Source: Trichoplax adhaerens
Taxonomy: Eukaryota; Animalia; Placozoa
Length of the DNA stretch: 64,000 nucleotides
Assembly (NCBI RefSeq): GCF_000150275.1
Contig: NW_002060950.1
Span: 316,679-380,678 of the forward strand
Reading direction: 5' to 3'
The notes below the pieces were generated by a model that saw only the letters and a list, made by a program, of their open reading frames with translations, searched no databases and had not been told where the DNA came from. A program made the position numbers and the translations under genes. Below, in pieces: positions 13,058-26,200 of this stretch; the stretch's first letter is position 1; every line of letters starts with the position of its first letter.

Positions 13058-15213
13058 ATGTTGTGGAATAAGGCTACTACGCGTATTCTCTTAAGGCTGA
13101 CGCCATTAAACACTTTGTGCAATAAAAGTGGAGACTTACCTCGGTGCTGGATGGTACCAATAACTGCCAGTAGACAACTTCATGCTTCAGGTTGGTGATC
13201 GTTCTTTGCAATCAAGTTGAAATCGATACTGTTGATCTATTTTCTAAGCTATGCCACTGTTTTATGCATGATATTGGTAGGGTTACAGTCTACTTACTTA
13301 ATTGTATTTGCTATACTTCCATCGCCGTTAAATTGGAATGGTGTTCAGTTTTGCATTAATTGTTGCAGCTATTGGTAGTATTCATACAGATGCTACACGA
13401 GTAATGTATCTGCATGATAAATTGTGCATTTCTATTGTACAAGTTACATCAATCACTAGCACCTTGGATCAATTTAAACGGATTGCAATTGAATTTAATA
13501 CATACGGAACAAGTACTTTACTGTTTATGCACAGAGTAACAATTTTGACTTTAAATTCTCTAAATGATTCATACACTCATAGTACTACAAGTCAATATAA
13601 GGCTTTTTACAAAAATAGCCTCACGTTTAGTATTTCGTGTATCAATCGTTACAATTCGTTGGTCTACCATAATAATAAATAAATAATCAAGCAAACTGGG
13701 TGATGATAAACAACGTAAAGGGCTACCGTGCTAGTAGATACCTATCGATAAATATATAGCTGTAAGCTCAGTGAATATCCAAGCATTTTCACTTAGTTGC
13801 TTGTAACATTACTCTATGTTCTATCAATGCACAAGCAAAGGAGAAAAATTAAAGTCAAGAGTATGAGATAATTAAGATTGCTTGATTGATGTTCTATTCG
13901 CTATTCAAGAGCCACTATAGTGTGAGGATAAGATCTGATCTAAATAATCTAATTTAGCTTATTTCTGTTATCTGTGGATTCTTCCAGTTATTTTAATGTT
14001 TGTATGCGCTCATAGCTTATGCTGATTTTAATTTTATATTCCATCTTAAGCAATTTTTTCGGCCGGGCCTACTAGAGCTAGAAGACTAAAGCCTGAAGAG
14101 GTAAAAATTAACAACGACGTCTTGTGATATCTTTTAATAGCAAATTAATTAACTGACGAATTAGCTAGATAAAATCGATCACACCAATATTCTACTAGCA
14201 TGGATTAATGATATGTTCAAATCAAACACTTTTGAAATTATTCAATTCTCGTGCAGCTGCGTCCTATCAAAAACAAAGTAGATGAAGATGGAAATCCACT
14301 TCCTTGTGCGCTGTGTAAAATCAAGATAGACTACAAAGTAAGCAACATTTTTAGATTAACGAATAAGTTTGAACCATAAAGTTTAATTTATACATAGTAT
14401 ACGAATGTATTCACTATATTTTATGTATACAACCTTATTATTATCGTTACCGTAATATCGTTGTAACCCGGTAGTAAAAGTAGTCTTGAAAGAATGAGCA
14501 GTAGCCCCGTTATGTATTGCTACAGGCTTTCACTTGTGTATAGAAAATCAGCTCAACATTCTATTATTTTTAATCCATGATTATCTTTGCTATTTACCCA
14601 TGTCAGAATGTCAGGTTACTTTCTCAATTCATATCCAATGATACTGGAATGATCTATGGCCGTAGGATTACTGGTATCTATTTTAAATATAACTTTATTA
14701 TTTATAAGTGTTGATATAATAATAACTCAGAACGATGCATACGTATATTCAGTCCTAATTCTACGCTACTCTTGTGTATCATGGCTATAGTTTCTGGAGT
14801 GTTAATAACTGCTACAGTTTAACTACTACTCAATGATAGCATGATTTCTAAGCAATTGTGTCTGCGTAAGTCTTATCATCGCAGAGAGATTATACTAATT
14901 CCTGCTTAAATCTACTATTATTCTTAGGACTTTGTGGTCATAAACAGAAAGAACTTACAAAAGCGATAAGACGAGCTAGGACGATGGGTAAAGCAATTAA
15001 TTTTATGTTCCTTTATTCAGGCTTTATTTACAAGATCTTATATAGATGCAATTTGTAGACATGCTATACTGCACATATGGGTATATATATATATACCACA
15101 TGCATACATCAGATTTTGAGCTAAATTTATATTGTATCATTTTTTAATCAACAGGATTTATGCCGTACACGTACAAGTACCCTGAATATTTAAATGATCC
15201 AAAACCATTTTAG
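13058..15213 (+). CDS. MRPS18C: Mitochondrial ribosomal protein S18C (bS18m); exons approx. 13058-13190, 14051-14100, 14257-14337, 14608-14673, 14929-14987, 15154-15213
   Basis: Basic presequence-like [86 protein letters not shown] is the S18C signature. Confidence 0.9.
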
Positions 15214-15329
15214 TACAATCAATATAAATAAAATATCAATGATATCAACTATTTATAGTATCTGTGATAGTCGTTAGATAAAATTTGAAGAAAAATATTT
15301 ACACCAGGAAAAAGAAATAAAAAATTCAG

Positions 15330-18300
15330 CTAAACGGCACTATCTTCTTCGTCATTATCGCATTGTTCCTGAGTGCTAGAATCTAAAATAGTAGAATAAT
15401 AGGTTACATACTATACGCTAGTATCGATAGACATTAAAGCAGTTTCCAATTTTGATTGACCAACTACAGTAAATCAATCTTACCATCCAGGCTTTGGTTT
15501 ACATCGTACATCTCTATGAAATTATGGCTAGGTTCGTCACCAGTCTTTTCCTCTAGAGCTTCAATTTCTTTAATAAGTTGACTAATTTGGCTTTCTGATT
15601 GGGTCACGCTATCTCCTAAGCTCTTATACGCATAATGGAAATTACTATTAATTTAAATCAATGATAAAGGAACAACCACGATCATTGTGTTCAATAACAG
15701 CGAACGTTCGATATAATACCTTAAAATTCTCCAACATACTATCAAGCATCGCGTCAACCATTGCCACTTGGCTTAAGCTTCCGTTAACATCAAAAAAGTT
15801 GGGCCTTTTGTTTTTGATTAAATTATCAATTATATTCAGTTATCATTAGTATAATAATTCCAAGTATTCTTACAGTAGAACAAGAAATTGATGATTAAAG
15901 CATTACTTAAATTTAGACACAATCGTCTCGTAGACTGAATGTAAATTATCTCCCAACGGCGACATCATATTTGGATGTTTATATTCACAAACCGAAGTAG
16001 ATCGCAAGTTCATTACATCACAAGGAAGTGAAGTATAACAACTGTAGACGGTAAAAAAATTTTAATAGCGTTACACTACAGGAATCGTTTAACATTTCAC
16101 GGAATGCATAATTCATACTTTAGATTCGTATTCTGAGCGGCATAAAAGGCGTAATCAATGGAATGTGTAGAGTGTCCATCACTTGAACGATGGGTAAATA
16201 AAGCAAAAGCAAAATCTACCCGCAAGTGCAGTAGTGTAGATAACAAAGTAATCGATAAAGTTAAATTGCAGTAACTGTGACAGTAGCTACAAAGAAGTAT
16301 TACTGGATGAAAATGTCGGTATAAAATTACTTAATCAGATATTTACCGGTAGTATTGTGCTCATTGAATACTTTTAAGAGATTACGATGAACTTGTTTTT
16401 CCCTCATACTTATCTGCAGTGAAGTATTGCGACGAAATCGATACCAACCAACAATTGCCTATGATATTAAAGTACGGCAAAACAGAAGTTAGCAAAATAA
16501 TCAGACATTTTTATAACAATTATTACCTTATTTGTCATAACTAAATACGACTGCTTTAAATCTACGCTTTTAAAGTAATAGAGCGAATCGAAAATAAGGG
16601 AACCAAAATGTATAATTAACCTTCTTTGAGCAGTGACCAGCGAGTATTTTATCTATTATACTACACTCAGCTGTACCAGAACCATCATAGAAACTATAGA
16701 TAGAGCAATAATAAAATACTGTTACCATACATAAGTATAACTTCAGAATATCAACACATAACCTAACTTCAAGGTTCATACCATTTCTGAGTTTGACATG
16801 GAATAAATGACGTAATGTCTACAAAAAATTATAGTTAAAGTAATGATCAATTAATGCTGTATAATTATTTAGGCAGCAAACTTTAACTAAAATCATTAAT
16901 TCATATTTGAATGGTAAATCGGAACTAATCACGTCCACATAGCCAAAAATAATAGCTGCATAATAAACGACTGTGGAAGTTTCCGAATAATGAAATCTTC
17001 ACTCACAGATATTTCATATCTGGAATAAACCTATATCTATAGAATCCACGCCATAACTTTGGTAACATACTTTACTTAATTCTATTGGCTAGAAGGCTAA
17101 GTATTTAATTTATATAAAACTGCACATTTTTCACTCACGTGTAACATTTTGATATTCATCTACTTGGGTATCACTGTTATCGTTCAAACTACTGACTAGC
17201 AAATGATCCTTCTTGTTCCCTACAAGGAATCCTTCCTATTGATGGCAAAAATGAATAAACAGTTACACGGAGACATCTTTATAAATATAATCTCAAGTAA
17301 TATATATACAAGAGCAAATAGTATGCACCGAAACATTGAACCAGAAATAATTATAATCGACAGCCTATAAAACTATAGTGATGATATAAATGTTATAAAA
17401 ACAGATCAAGACCAAAATTTATCTACAATTTTGATTAATGATAATATTGCAGAGTTTTAAATTTCAGCTGTGGACACGAGGTGGCTATACTGATTGAGTA
17501 AACTTCGAAATTCTACAATTCATATCAACGGACTATATGGTCTTATTTGAAAACTTATCAACGATAGCCTATGCAACGTGCCCATCTTACCAAATTAACC
17601 TATTTCGAGTGATATACTTATAAATCAAACGCAATCAAGCAGATCTTTTAATAAGCAAGCTATTTACTTCGTATTCTAAGTAATCATTGATTATCAATGA
17701 GCTGTCAAGATTACGCAACCATAATCGAAGAAATAAAATGGACCTTTCTGTGCTGTGTGCAGCACTTTCTTATATATTTATAACTATGCTAATTCGTATT
17801 TGGAAAAATTCAGTCTTAGAAATAACTCTACTACATTTATCACAAATAATTAAAAATAATGTACAGTGTAATAACGATTACTTTATATCCGATGCAATAA
17901 AATTCAACCCATCAGCCCTAGTCATGTTCATCAGATTTGTATAAATTACTGTGACTAAGTGATAAGCTAATATACTGTACGTGAGACTATCTTGCTGTAG
18001 CCGGTATAGTTTCCTCTTGACTTAAGACCGTGAAGATATATCAGTTATACAGCATTCTACAACCTACAGTGTTACACACTAACGTCAAAAACGGAAGCGA
18101 TAGCATAAGTATACTGCAAAATCCGCTATGCGGATACTTGGTAATTAGTTGATTCAGTTTAGTAGTTAATTTAGACTTGAAAGATAGCACTACGATAGTT
18201 TACAATTTCCTGGCAAACGTAAACTGTAGTTTAAAATCAGTGCGTTACTCTCCACGATGAAGTGCTTCACGTTATGACCATATCTGCATGTCTACAGTAT

Positions 18301-18788
18301 AATAGCAATGGCCTAATATCAGTCTGTTATACGTAGAGTATATGATATCTGTCTACCCAAAGTAGCCAATTTGTATGCTATACGCGTTCATTGAAGCGAA
18401 GAATAATTTACATGGATGCAAAGGTACAACACTCCACTACAATTGTAGAGCTCTTCGTTATTGTTAATGCAACAGCTATCGTTACTGTAATAACTCCTTG
18501 ACCAATATAGAATACCCGTATGATGGAATTATAGAGTGGATCAACCTCACAACTCTATATTAAACATTCGACATCGAAGTAATCCATGCCTACATCATTC
18601 TTTGCTCGGTAACATCATATCAATATATCCCAAAAGTAAAATGACATCAAATCAGGAACATGCTGGCAAGCAGCAATAATTCATACCGTATCTCCATCGC
18701 TATTAGCCAATTCATGAAACAGTGATGCCAGTAAACATCCAGGCAACTCGACTGACTGCCGACTAACCTTGATCTTGCCTGCCGCCAT
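15330..18788 (-). CDS. ABRAXAS: Abraxas/FAM175-family MPN- scaffold (BRCA1-A/BRISC subunit); first exons 18788-18687 and 17235-17139, then several small exons down to 15330
   Basis: Spliced: MAAGKIKVSRQSVELPGCLLASLFHELANSDGDT|EGFLVG...ITSFIPC...FYDGSG...IVGWYRFRRNTSLQISMREKQVHRNL...FALFTHRSSDGHSTHSIDY, matching the Abraxas MPN domain (EGFLLG, VGWYKFRR, STH motifs). Not represented in the ORF track. Confidence 0.88.
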
Positions 18789-19224
18789 TCGTTATACCAA
18801 GTTTTAGTATCGATGCAAACTAAATAAACGTTAAGACGGCGAGATAGGCAGGAATAGCCTCGACGTGATGGTAGCAAAGATACTTGTCCTGGATTACCGC
18901 AGCTTATAGTACTCTACTATGGTTGGAAGGCTTCTGCCTGAGCGGCTTAGTCTACCACCAGCCACCAACGATGCTTGTTCAATCGTTGGAGTCTTGAGTA
19001 GTGTCATCATGGCCCTGCTATACAGTTGCAGGTAGAACTTACTTTTACTAGCTAACCATACCAACATAAACTCTTGTTGGATACGCTATACTGTCACGGT
19101 TAGTCTGTAATGTGCATCGTTACTGTAGATTGCTGCTGGCTAGAAAAGCAGTTGGAAAAGACATCAACAAATCTTCATCGTTAATATTGATTGCAGAGAA
19201 TCCAGCCTTCAAATTCAATCCATC

Positions 19225-22200
19225 ATGAGTAATAATCCTCGAAGAGTAGCTGTGGTATGTTCATGATTTATGCTATAGCTCTTGCTACTAGAGTATCAGT
19301 AATAGTATAGTCTAGAAGCATGAATTTATAAATAGAAGCTTAATGAATGCAATCTGGCTTGCTTGGTTCCATCTGCTGTAGGCGATGATGATTACAGGCT
19401 AGCTCAGAACCTGCTCTCTGCAAAGTGAGCTGAGACAACGCTATTTTAATATCATAATTTCAAATTGAAGCACGTAATATGCTTACATGATCTTATTACC
19501 CAATCATGCAATAGGTACTTTGTGGATGTGGCCGTGGTGATGGAAGCGAAATCCATGAATCGTCCGCGTAAGCAATATACGTAATGTTACTTTGTAGAAG
19601 CTGCAGATGTAGAGATCAATATTATCTCAGCAATTTACTACTATATACCATTTAATTAACGATAAGGGATAGCGGTATACAGTTACTGTCGTAGTTTATA
19701 TCAAATCACCACTCATGTATCTTGCAATACGAAAGAAGAGACTTTCTACAATAGTTGCAATACTTAATAATAGCGTCTACATCGCGTACATAATTGCACA
19801 ATGCTGTAGGCTAAAGGATGCTGATCAAATTTGATGTTGGGCTCGTCCATCATCCTATTTCTATCATCTTATTCACTCTCTTTTCCTACTCAACTTATAA
19901 ACTGGCAATAGCATAAGTATATAGCTACTTCAATCACAACTATCAGTCAAACTCTTATGTATCTACAATTCTACATACCAGTATTGATTGTATGCAGCCT
20001 CTACTCTTCAGCTGTATGTTCACGCAGCAACAGTACGATCAATGCCTATGAGATATACTAACTTGATTTTATTGCATACCATTTTATAATCTATAATTTC
20101 AACAAAGATGGTACATTAGTAAGAGAAATTGAGTTGATTAGATTTGAATTACAACATGGATTATTATGAGTTAATGCTATTCAGAAATGAGCTAGAAGGC
20201 TTTTAGCCGGAATGTAATTGCTGATACATTGAGGCTTTGGTAGAATAAAGCTTCACAAAATTTTAAATTAAAAATAAAATATTTTAGTACTACCTAATTT
20301 CTTCATCATTAATATAATTAATAGGGTAATAATCAACCTAAGCCGTGCTGGTGCTGAAATTTCCATGTTTGCACCTAACATGGAACAGTATCATGTCATT
20401 GATCATCACGCCGGAACAGTCGACGAAGGCAAGGCGAGGTTGGTTTATAGATACATTGTATGAGTTGGACTCATGCTTCAGTCAAATAAAGTAATAATCG
20501 TGCTATGTAATTAGTATTATAGATCTGATAAGATTATGACAATTAACCATCCGTAATTGTCCATTTTTCGAATCCTGTACTAGTATAACGTATAAGCTTA
20601 ATTATGTAGTAGTATTTATCGCTATCATGGAATTATTCTGTCCATTTATAGAAATATGATGATAGAAGCTGCACGCATTGCACGCGGCGAAATATTTCCT
20701 CTCAATGACTTGGAACCAGAAAATTTTGATGCTATTATCTTTCCTGGTGGTGCTGGTGTCGGCAAAAATTTGTAAGATTTTATTACGCTTATTATTCCCT
20801 TCGTTTTGATCAAAACGAGCTACAAAAATCTTCAAGTACCGTCTTGGTATCTCCAAAACGTAATATTATACTTAATTAAACCCTTGAATTAACCATTATC
20901 CAAACAGGTGCAATTTTGCTACTAACAAGGAAGATTTTATGGTTCTTCCAGAAGTAGAAAAAATTATCAGAGCATTTCATAGGGCCAAAAAACCGTTAGG
21001 GTAAGTAAATCAATAATTGTGTTTCTACTTGGTAATGGGTACACCGGTAAGAGAAAAACCCGTTTAAGCATGTTTATACTGTATAGACTACATTATAAAA
21101 CTTGTAGTGAAGCTGCTAGATAAGTTATTGTTATCAACATGTTATGTGCTAGTGAATTAGACATATCTTAAAAATAATACCAAAATCTAGGGTTGTTAAC
21201 AATAATAGGTATAAATAAGTAATGTTTGCGATAATTCAAGTATGTTGATTTCAGCTTCGTAGAATATAATACCAATCATATAATTTTATTTTTAAACTAA
21301 GTTCTGTAAGTTTTGAATTATGTTTTTCGCAATTATCATGTTGTAAACAAGTTAGATAACGTATTTAAGCAGCTACGCTTTTCTATCATTGTTGTTGTTA
21401 GTCCTTCTTTTCTAAGATCTGCTGTTGTAGGGAGTTTTCCTTGTCTGTCAGAGCTTGTTGTACTTTTATGTACGTAGTATCTCAATCGATAGAGAACCAG
21501 TAATGAAATCTGCTATTCTAAAATTACCTGTGTGAACTGCACTTTAATTACAGTTAGTAGAATAGGTTTTGTTACAAGACTTAAACTATGCATTCTGTTT
21601 ACTTTGGAAATCATGGTATTCATCTCCTCTATTTATAAACGATAGCTGGTAGCTATGAATATCTTTTATGATATACAATCTAGATTCACTACGTGGGCTT
21701 TCTGTCGTAGTAATGCTTGGGTTTTATAACCTCTTAGGTTTGCAATCATCTAACTCAAAATCTGAGTTATTAAAATTGAGCAAATCTCTAAGTCACACAA
21801 GATCAGAATAGTATGAGTACACCGTTTCATCATTAGCAATCGTGAAATTACCTTATAAGCATAGTAGACGATTCTACTTCTTAATGCTACCGTACTTCAA
21901 TTACTACTGTAATTAGCTGAACTACTAAAGTCGTATATTAATCTACAACATTATCTTGGATACATCAAAATAGGTTTGTTTGCATTACCACTGTAATCGC
22001 CGCTAAGGTAAAACTGAATAAAATTCCTTACAATTTCATTGGCGTTTATTACTTCATTATTCTCTTTATTAAGTCTGATAATTACATAGATTTTCGGTGA
22101 ATTGGGATGTGAACTGACCATTGGCAACGATACACCGCAAAGTGGACGATGGCCACTTGCCTCTACTACGAAAATCCTCGAAAATTTGGGAGTAGTTCAT

Positions 22201-22466
22201 GTTAATAAAGATGTTACGGTAGAATTCTTACTCCTGCTTCCTCTTTTATCTACAGCTGCTAACTCAATTTAACATATAAAGCAAGCCTTATTGCAGTGAT
22301 CAAGTTAATTTTATACTTTTCAAAATATCTATATCAATAGGAAGCTCATGTTGACCAAAACAATAAGATCGTTACAACTCCTGCTTTCATGTGTGGCACA
22401 GCAAAATACCATGAAGTCTTTGATGGAATCTCAGAATTAGTGAAGAATGTCATGGAACTAGCTTGA
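19225..22466 (+). CDS. GATD3: ES1/GATD3 (DJ-1/PfpI glutamine-amidotransferase-like) paralogue A, without presequence; exons approx. 19225-19254, 19515-19567, 20325-20438, 20652-20771, 20908-21000, 21974-22007, 22090-22218, 22341-22466
   Basis: [10 protein letters not shown]|[77 protein letters not shown]; typical ES1/ElbB motifs. Confidence 0.9.
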
Positions 22467-23226
22467 AAATGATTAAATTACTCATCATCAGTAATTATTA
22501 TACACTGTAGCCTTCTAGCGGCTACAAATAACAAAATTGATAACACAATTGCTACTTATTAACACCGATTGAAATAAACTTTGATCGTTAAAATTTAGTT
22601 AGACAATGTTATTTGCTGTTAGCTAATTACTATTAGCCCTTTGTTCAATAGAGATCACATCTTATAGCCAGTGTACTTAAAATCCTGATAATTTCTGCAA
22701 TTCCGCAGCTTCTTGTAACTGGAGCTGCAAACAATAAATAGACTGAATCTAAAATTATGTTATGAATGTCAACGGCAAGCATGTTACTGGGTATCTCTAA
22801 ACCATATTGCGTCTGTAACAACGCCATATATTGCAAAGACTTTGTTTTATCGAATGTGAATATTTCGATTTGATATATAACATACCAAGCAAAGTAAGAT
22901 TGACCCGCTGAACAATACTAATTCTCTAGTACAATTAAAGCGCAGAGGTTGGTTATATGATCGAGATGTCATGTTCAATGTATTAGGTGTTATATTCACA
23001 GAAAAAAATCTGATATTCTTAATTAGTACAATACGTAAAATAATTAAAAAGAAACAGTCCTATCACAATTTCTGCAAAATTTTATTTAGCTACTTTAACA
23101 TATAATGCATATATATATTTCATTTATTGCGAAAAGAAACGAGTAGAACGTATCCTAAGGGGGTATTACTACAATATCTCATTTCCATATTTCTCATCCT
23201 TATAAAAATATATATTGAATAGCAAT

Positions 23227-26200
23227 TTACAATTTTAATTCACGACAAATATTCCTGAACCAAGACTGAACTTGCTGTTGATGACGGTGAATCCAACGAA
23301 TTTTTAATCTTAATCTTTCGATTTCCATTTCTGCCAATCTTTTATAATTTTGAAGCCTTTTATTGTAACTAAAAAATAGTTCGACCTATAATGGAATCGA
23401 AAGTTTCTATAAAATTTTCTCATTACAGGGATAACTACGGTACTAATAAGGAAGCAATCTTTGTTTTAGTAAAATATGCAATTTTATTATTTAGGTCTCT
23501 CATATTAACAAATGATTATTATTGGTCTACCTACATTTTGAAGTTGCATCTCTGTTTTCATTTGACATATGGATAAAGAAATCAGCTTAGGCATACTAAA
23601 AATCTCTTTTCCATATCTAAGTATAATGTTAAACAGAATATCCTGTGATCATATATTCAATTAAGTTATACGAATACAAACATCTATATAGCAATTCCTG
23701 CGATAGGGAACTAAATTTGCTATTATTTCCCTGATTTAAAGCCAGTTAAAAATTTAATTTCAGTATTTACTGTTAAATCGCGTAATGAGTAGCTAACCTA
23801 TTATAAAATTGATCCCAGTGTGAAGTAATAAATTTCCATACTAAATCTGTGCCTACTGGATTTTTAGCAATAAGATCAAGAATTTGGACGGTCTGATCAG
23901 GTTTAACTTGTTTCTCATCCATAATTATTTCTAACAATCTGTGAATAAAATGTTTAAAAATTATTAAATTCAGACGCTGTTATACAGCAGTATTAATTAT
24001 TCACGCATATAATAGTCAAGAGATAATATTTTCGTCCTGCTTAATAAACTTCATATGATGAATAAATTTACACTGTAAGGCCTGCATATTGCATAAGGAT
24101 AGATTGTACTGTTAGGTATATAATGATACATAAATAATATTATTAACCTATCGAAATTTGAAATAACGTTAAAAATTAAGCACTACCACTTCTTAGTGAA
24201 ATTCTAAGGTAGCTGTATTGTCTATCACTACACTCTAATCAAAATTTAATCATCTAGATACAGTACTAGACCGCTTTAAACAATTTTATATTCATTACTT
24301 ATTAATTATGGCGTTATCCTGATAACTTGTAAATCTTTGTCGTAAGAATGCTAACCTTTCTTATAACTTCAATATACACGTAAATTAAAATATAAATAAG
24401 TCCTTTCCTATACTCTCCAACCATTGCTGATTACACTATCAGTACAACATAACTCTATAACCTACTGACCTTTTCAATAACTTTGGATTTTTTGATGCAG
24501 CTAATCCTTTCATGCACAATTTTTTGCTATGATCATCGTCAACTTCATAATATCTTTTCAATACTCTATTCCAATCATCCTCATCACCAATACTAACTCC
24601 AATTTCCACAATAGCGGGCACCAAATTCGGCGATAAACTATATAATATGGTAATTACATTATCATTTTAAGTCTTATACCCTAGCTAGTAGCTATAGCTA
24701 CACTATCAAAGTAGAAATTAAATTATTGCTTATGGTTTTCTGATTCTGTGACATAGCAAAACGGCAATATTTAAAGATACGAAGCTATCTCTCATGTAGG
24801 GTACGTTTAGTAACAACTACAACCCGTAAACGATTTTACTTATTTAATAGTACCTATAACCATGTAACCATCGCTGAAATGCTCTTTTAATTTGATAAAG
24901 TACCGGTTTATATTCAGCCCATGACGCCATGCGAAGTACAAGAACTTTCATCATACTGTTAAATTTACCCAGTAATAATAATTAATACAATCAATTTTAA
25001 TTAGTAAGCCCTTAATATATGGAATAAAAAATTTGAAAGAACTAACATTTTATTGATATCATATTCATCGACTTGATTATTTTGATAAAGGTTTGATCGT
25101 AGAAGATATAGGATAAATTTCTAATATTCAGTTGATATATTAATTGAAATAAGAATTAAGAGTACTAACACATTTTATTGCTGTTCGAAAATAAACTTTT
25201 AGCTTGCAAGACGATTCATGTCGAAATATGCTACTTATGATTCAATTTGATACTCCTTCAATCAATTCTAAGTGTAATAACATCATTTGACCCAATTATT
25301 ACCTTTGCTTTCTGCTTAAAAGGTTCATCAAGAATTGAAGCTAGAAACTTTAAACGCAATATGCCCATGTTGAATGCTTCATAATCATGTTCAGCAATCA
25401 GATAACGCGTCATATTTAAAAAAATCTCAATATTTAGCAGGTCCACCCTAAATTAGATATTCCAAATTTAACTATCATGAAAAAGGAAGTAATTTTAAAT
25501 GTAATTCTTATTTTAAGATCTTATTTATTTTACGTATTTATCTTCTACCTTGATAAATAATAAGAATCATCCAGCAGATTTGCTCTATCATGACTGCTAA
25601 AGTACTATTTTTAATAAAGTGAGATTGTACATCAATATATTGTTATTAGTAAATCTAGCGGACATCAAGATATTATCAAACATTAAAATTGCGTGAAACC
25701 GAAATCTAAAAAAATAATTTTATTTCCGCATATCGAATTATCTTATTTTATTTAATAACCATAAGAGCTAGATTGTCTATTTATTCAGATCTAAAACTAT
25801 TCCTGACGGATCTGTTGTTAGAGGTAGTACGATAATACCTGAGGCTGCTGCTGTAATAGATCAACAAACTTCTGCCAAAGATCTATCTCATAATTGATTC
25901 GATAAATGCCTGTACGATTACAATTTCCTTTAATCCAAGATGTAGATGGAGGTAAAGGAATCATCGCTAATTTGTATAAAAAGTGCAACGCATAGCTATC
26001 AGATATGATAGTACTTTTATGAAAGATAAAAAGTGACGAAATTACGTTTTGTCCTATTAAAAAATCTATTCTGTAATACTTACAACCATTCAAATCAATT
26101 AGTTTACGCTGAATAAAACCGTTTTCTGTCATATAGCAAAAGGGTATCAGCCATCTAGATCATTGTTTCAATATGAATTAGAGACTTTACAAGAAATATA

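Noticed and set aside
13338-13682. 114-aa plus-strand ORF
   Set aside because: Lies within MRPS18C intron 1 with no recognisable motif; likely chance.
14674-14928. MRPS18C intron starting GTATCT as a possible U12 intron
   Set aside because: Donor lacks the CC at +5/+6 and there is no convincing TCCTTAAC branch site.
18647-18877. 76-aa minus-strand ORF
   Set aside because: Wrong frame; the real ABRAXAS exon 1 (18788-18687) lies in another frame.
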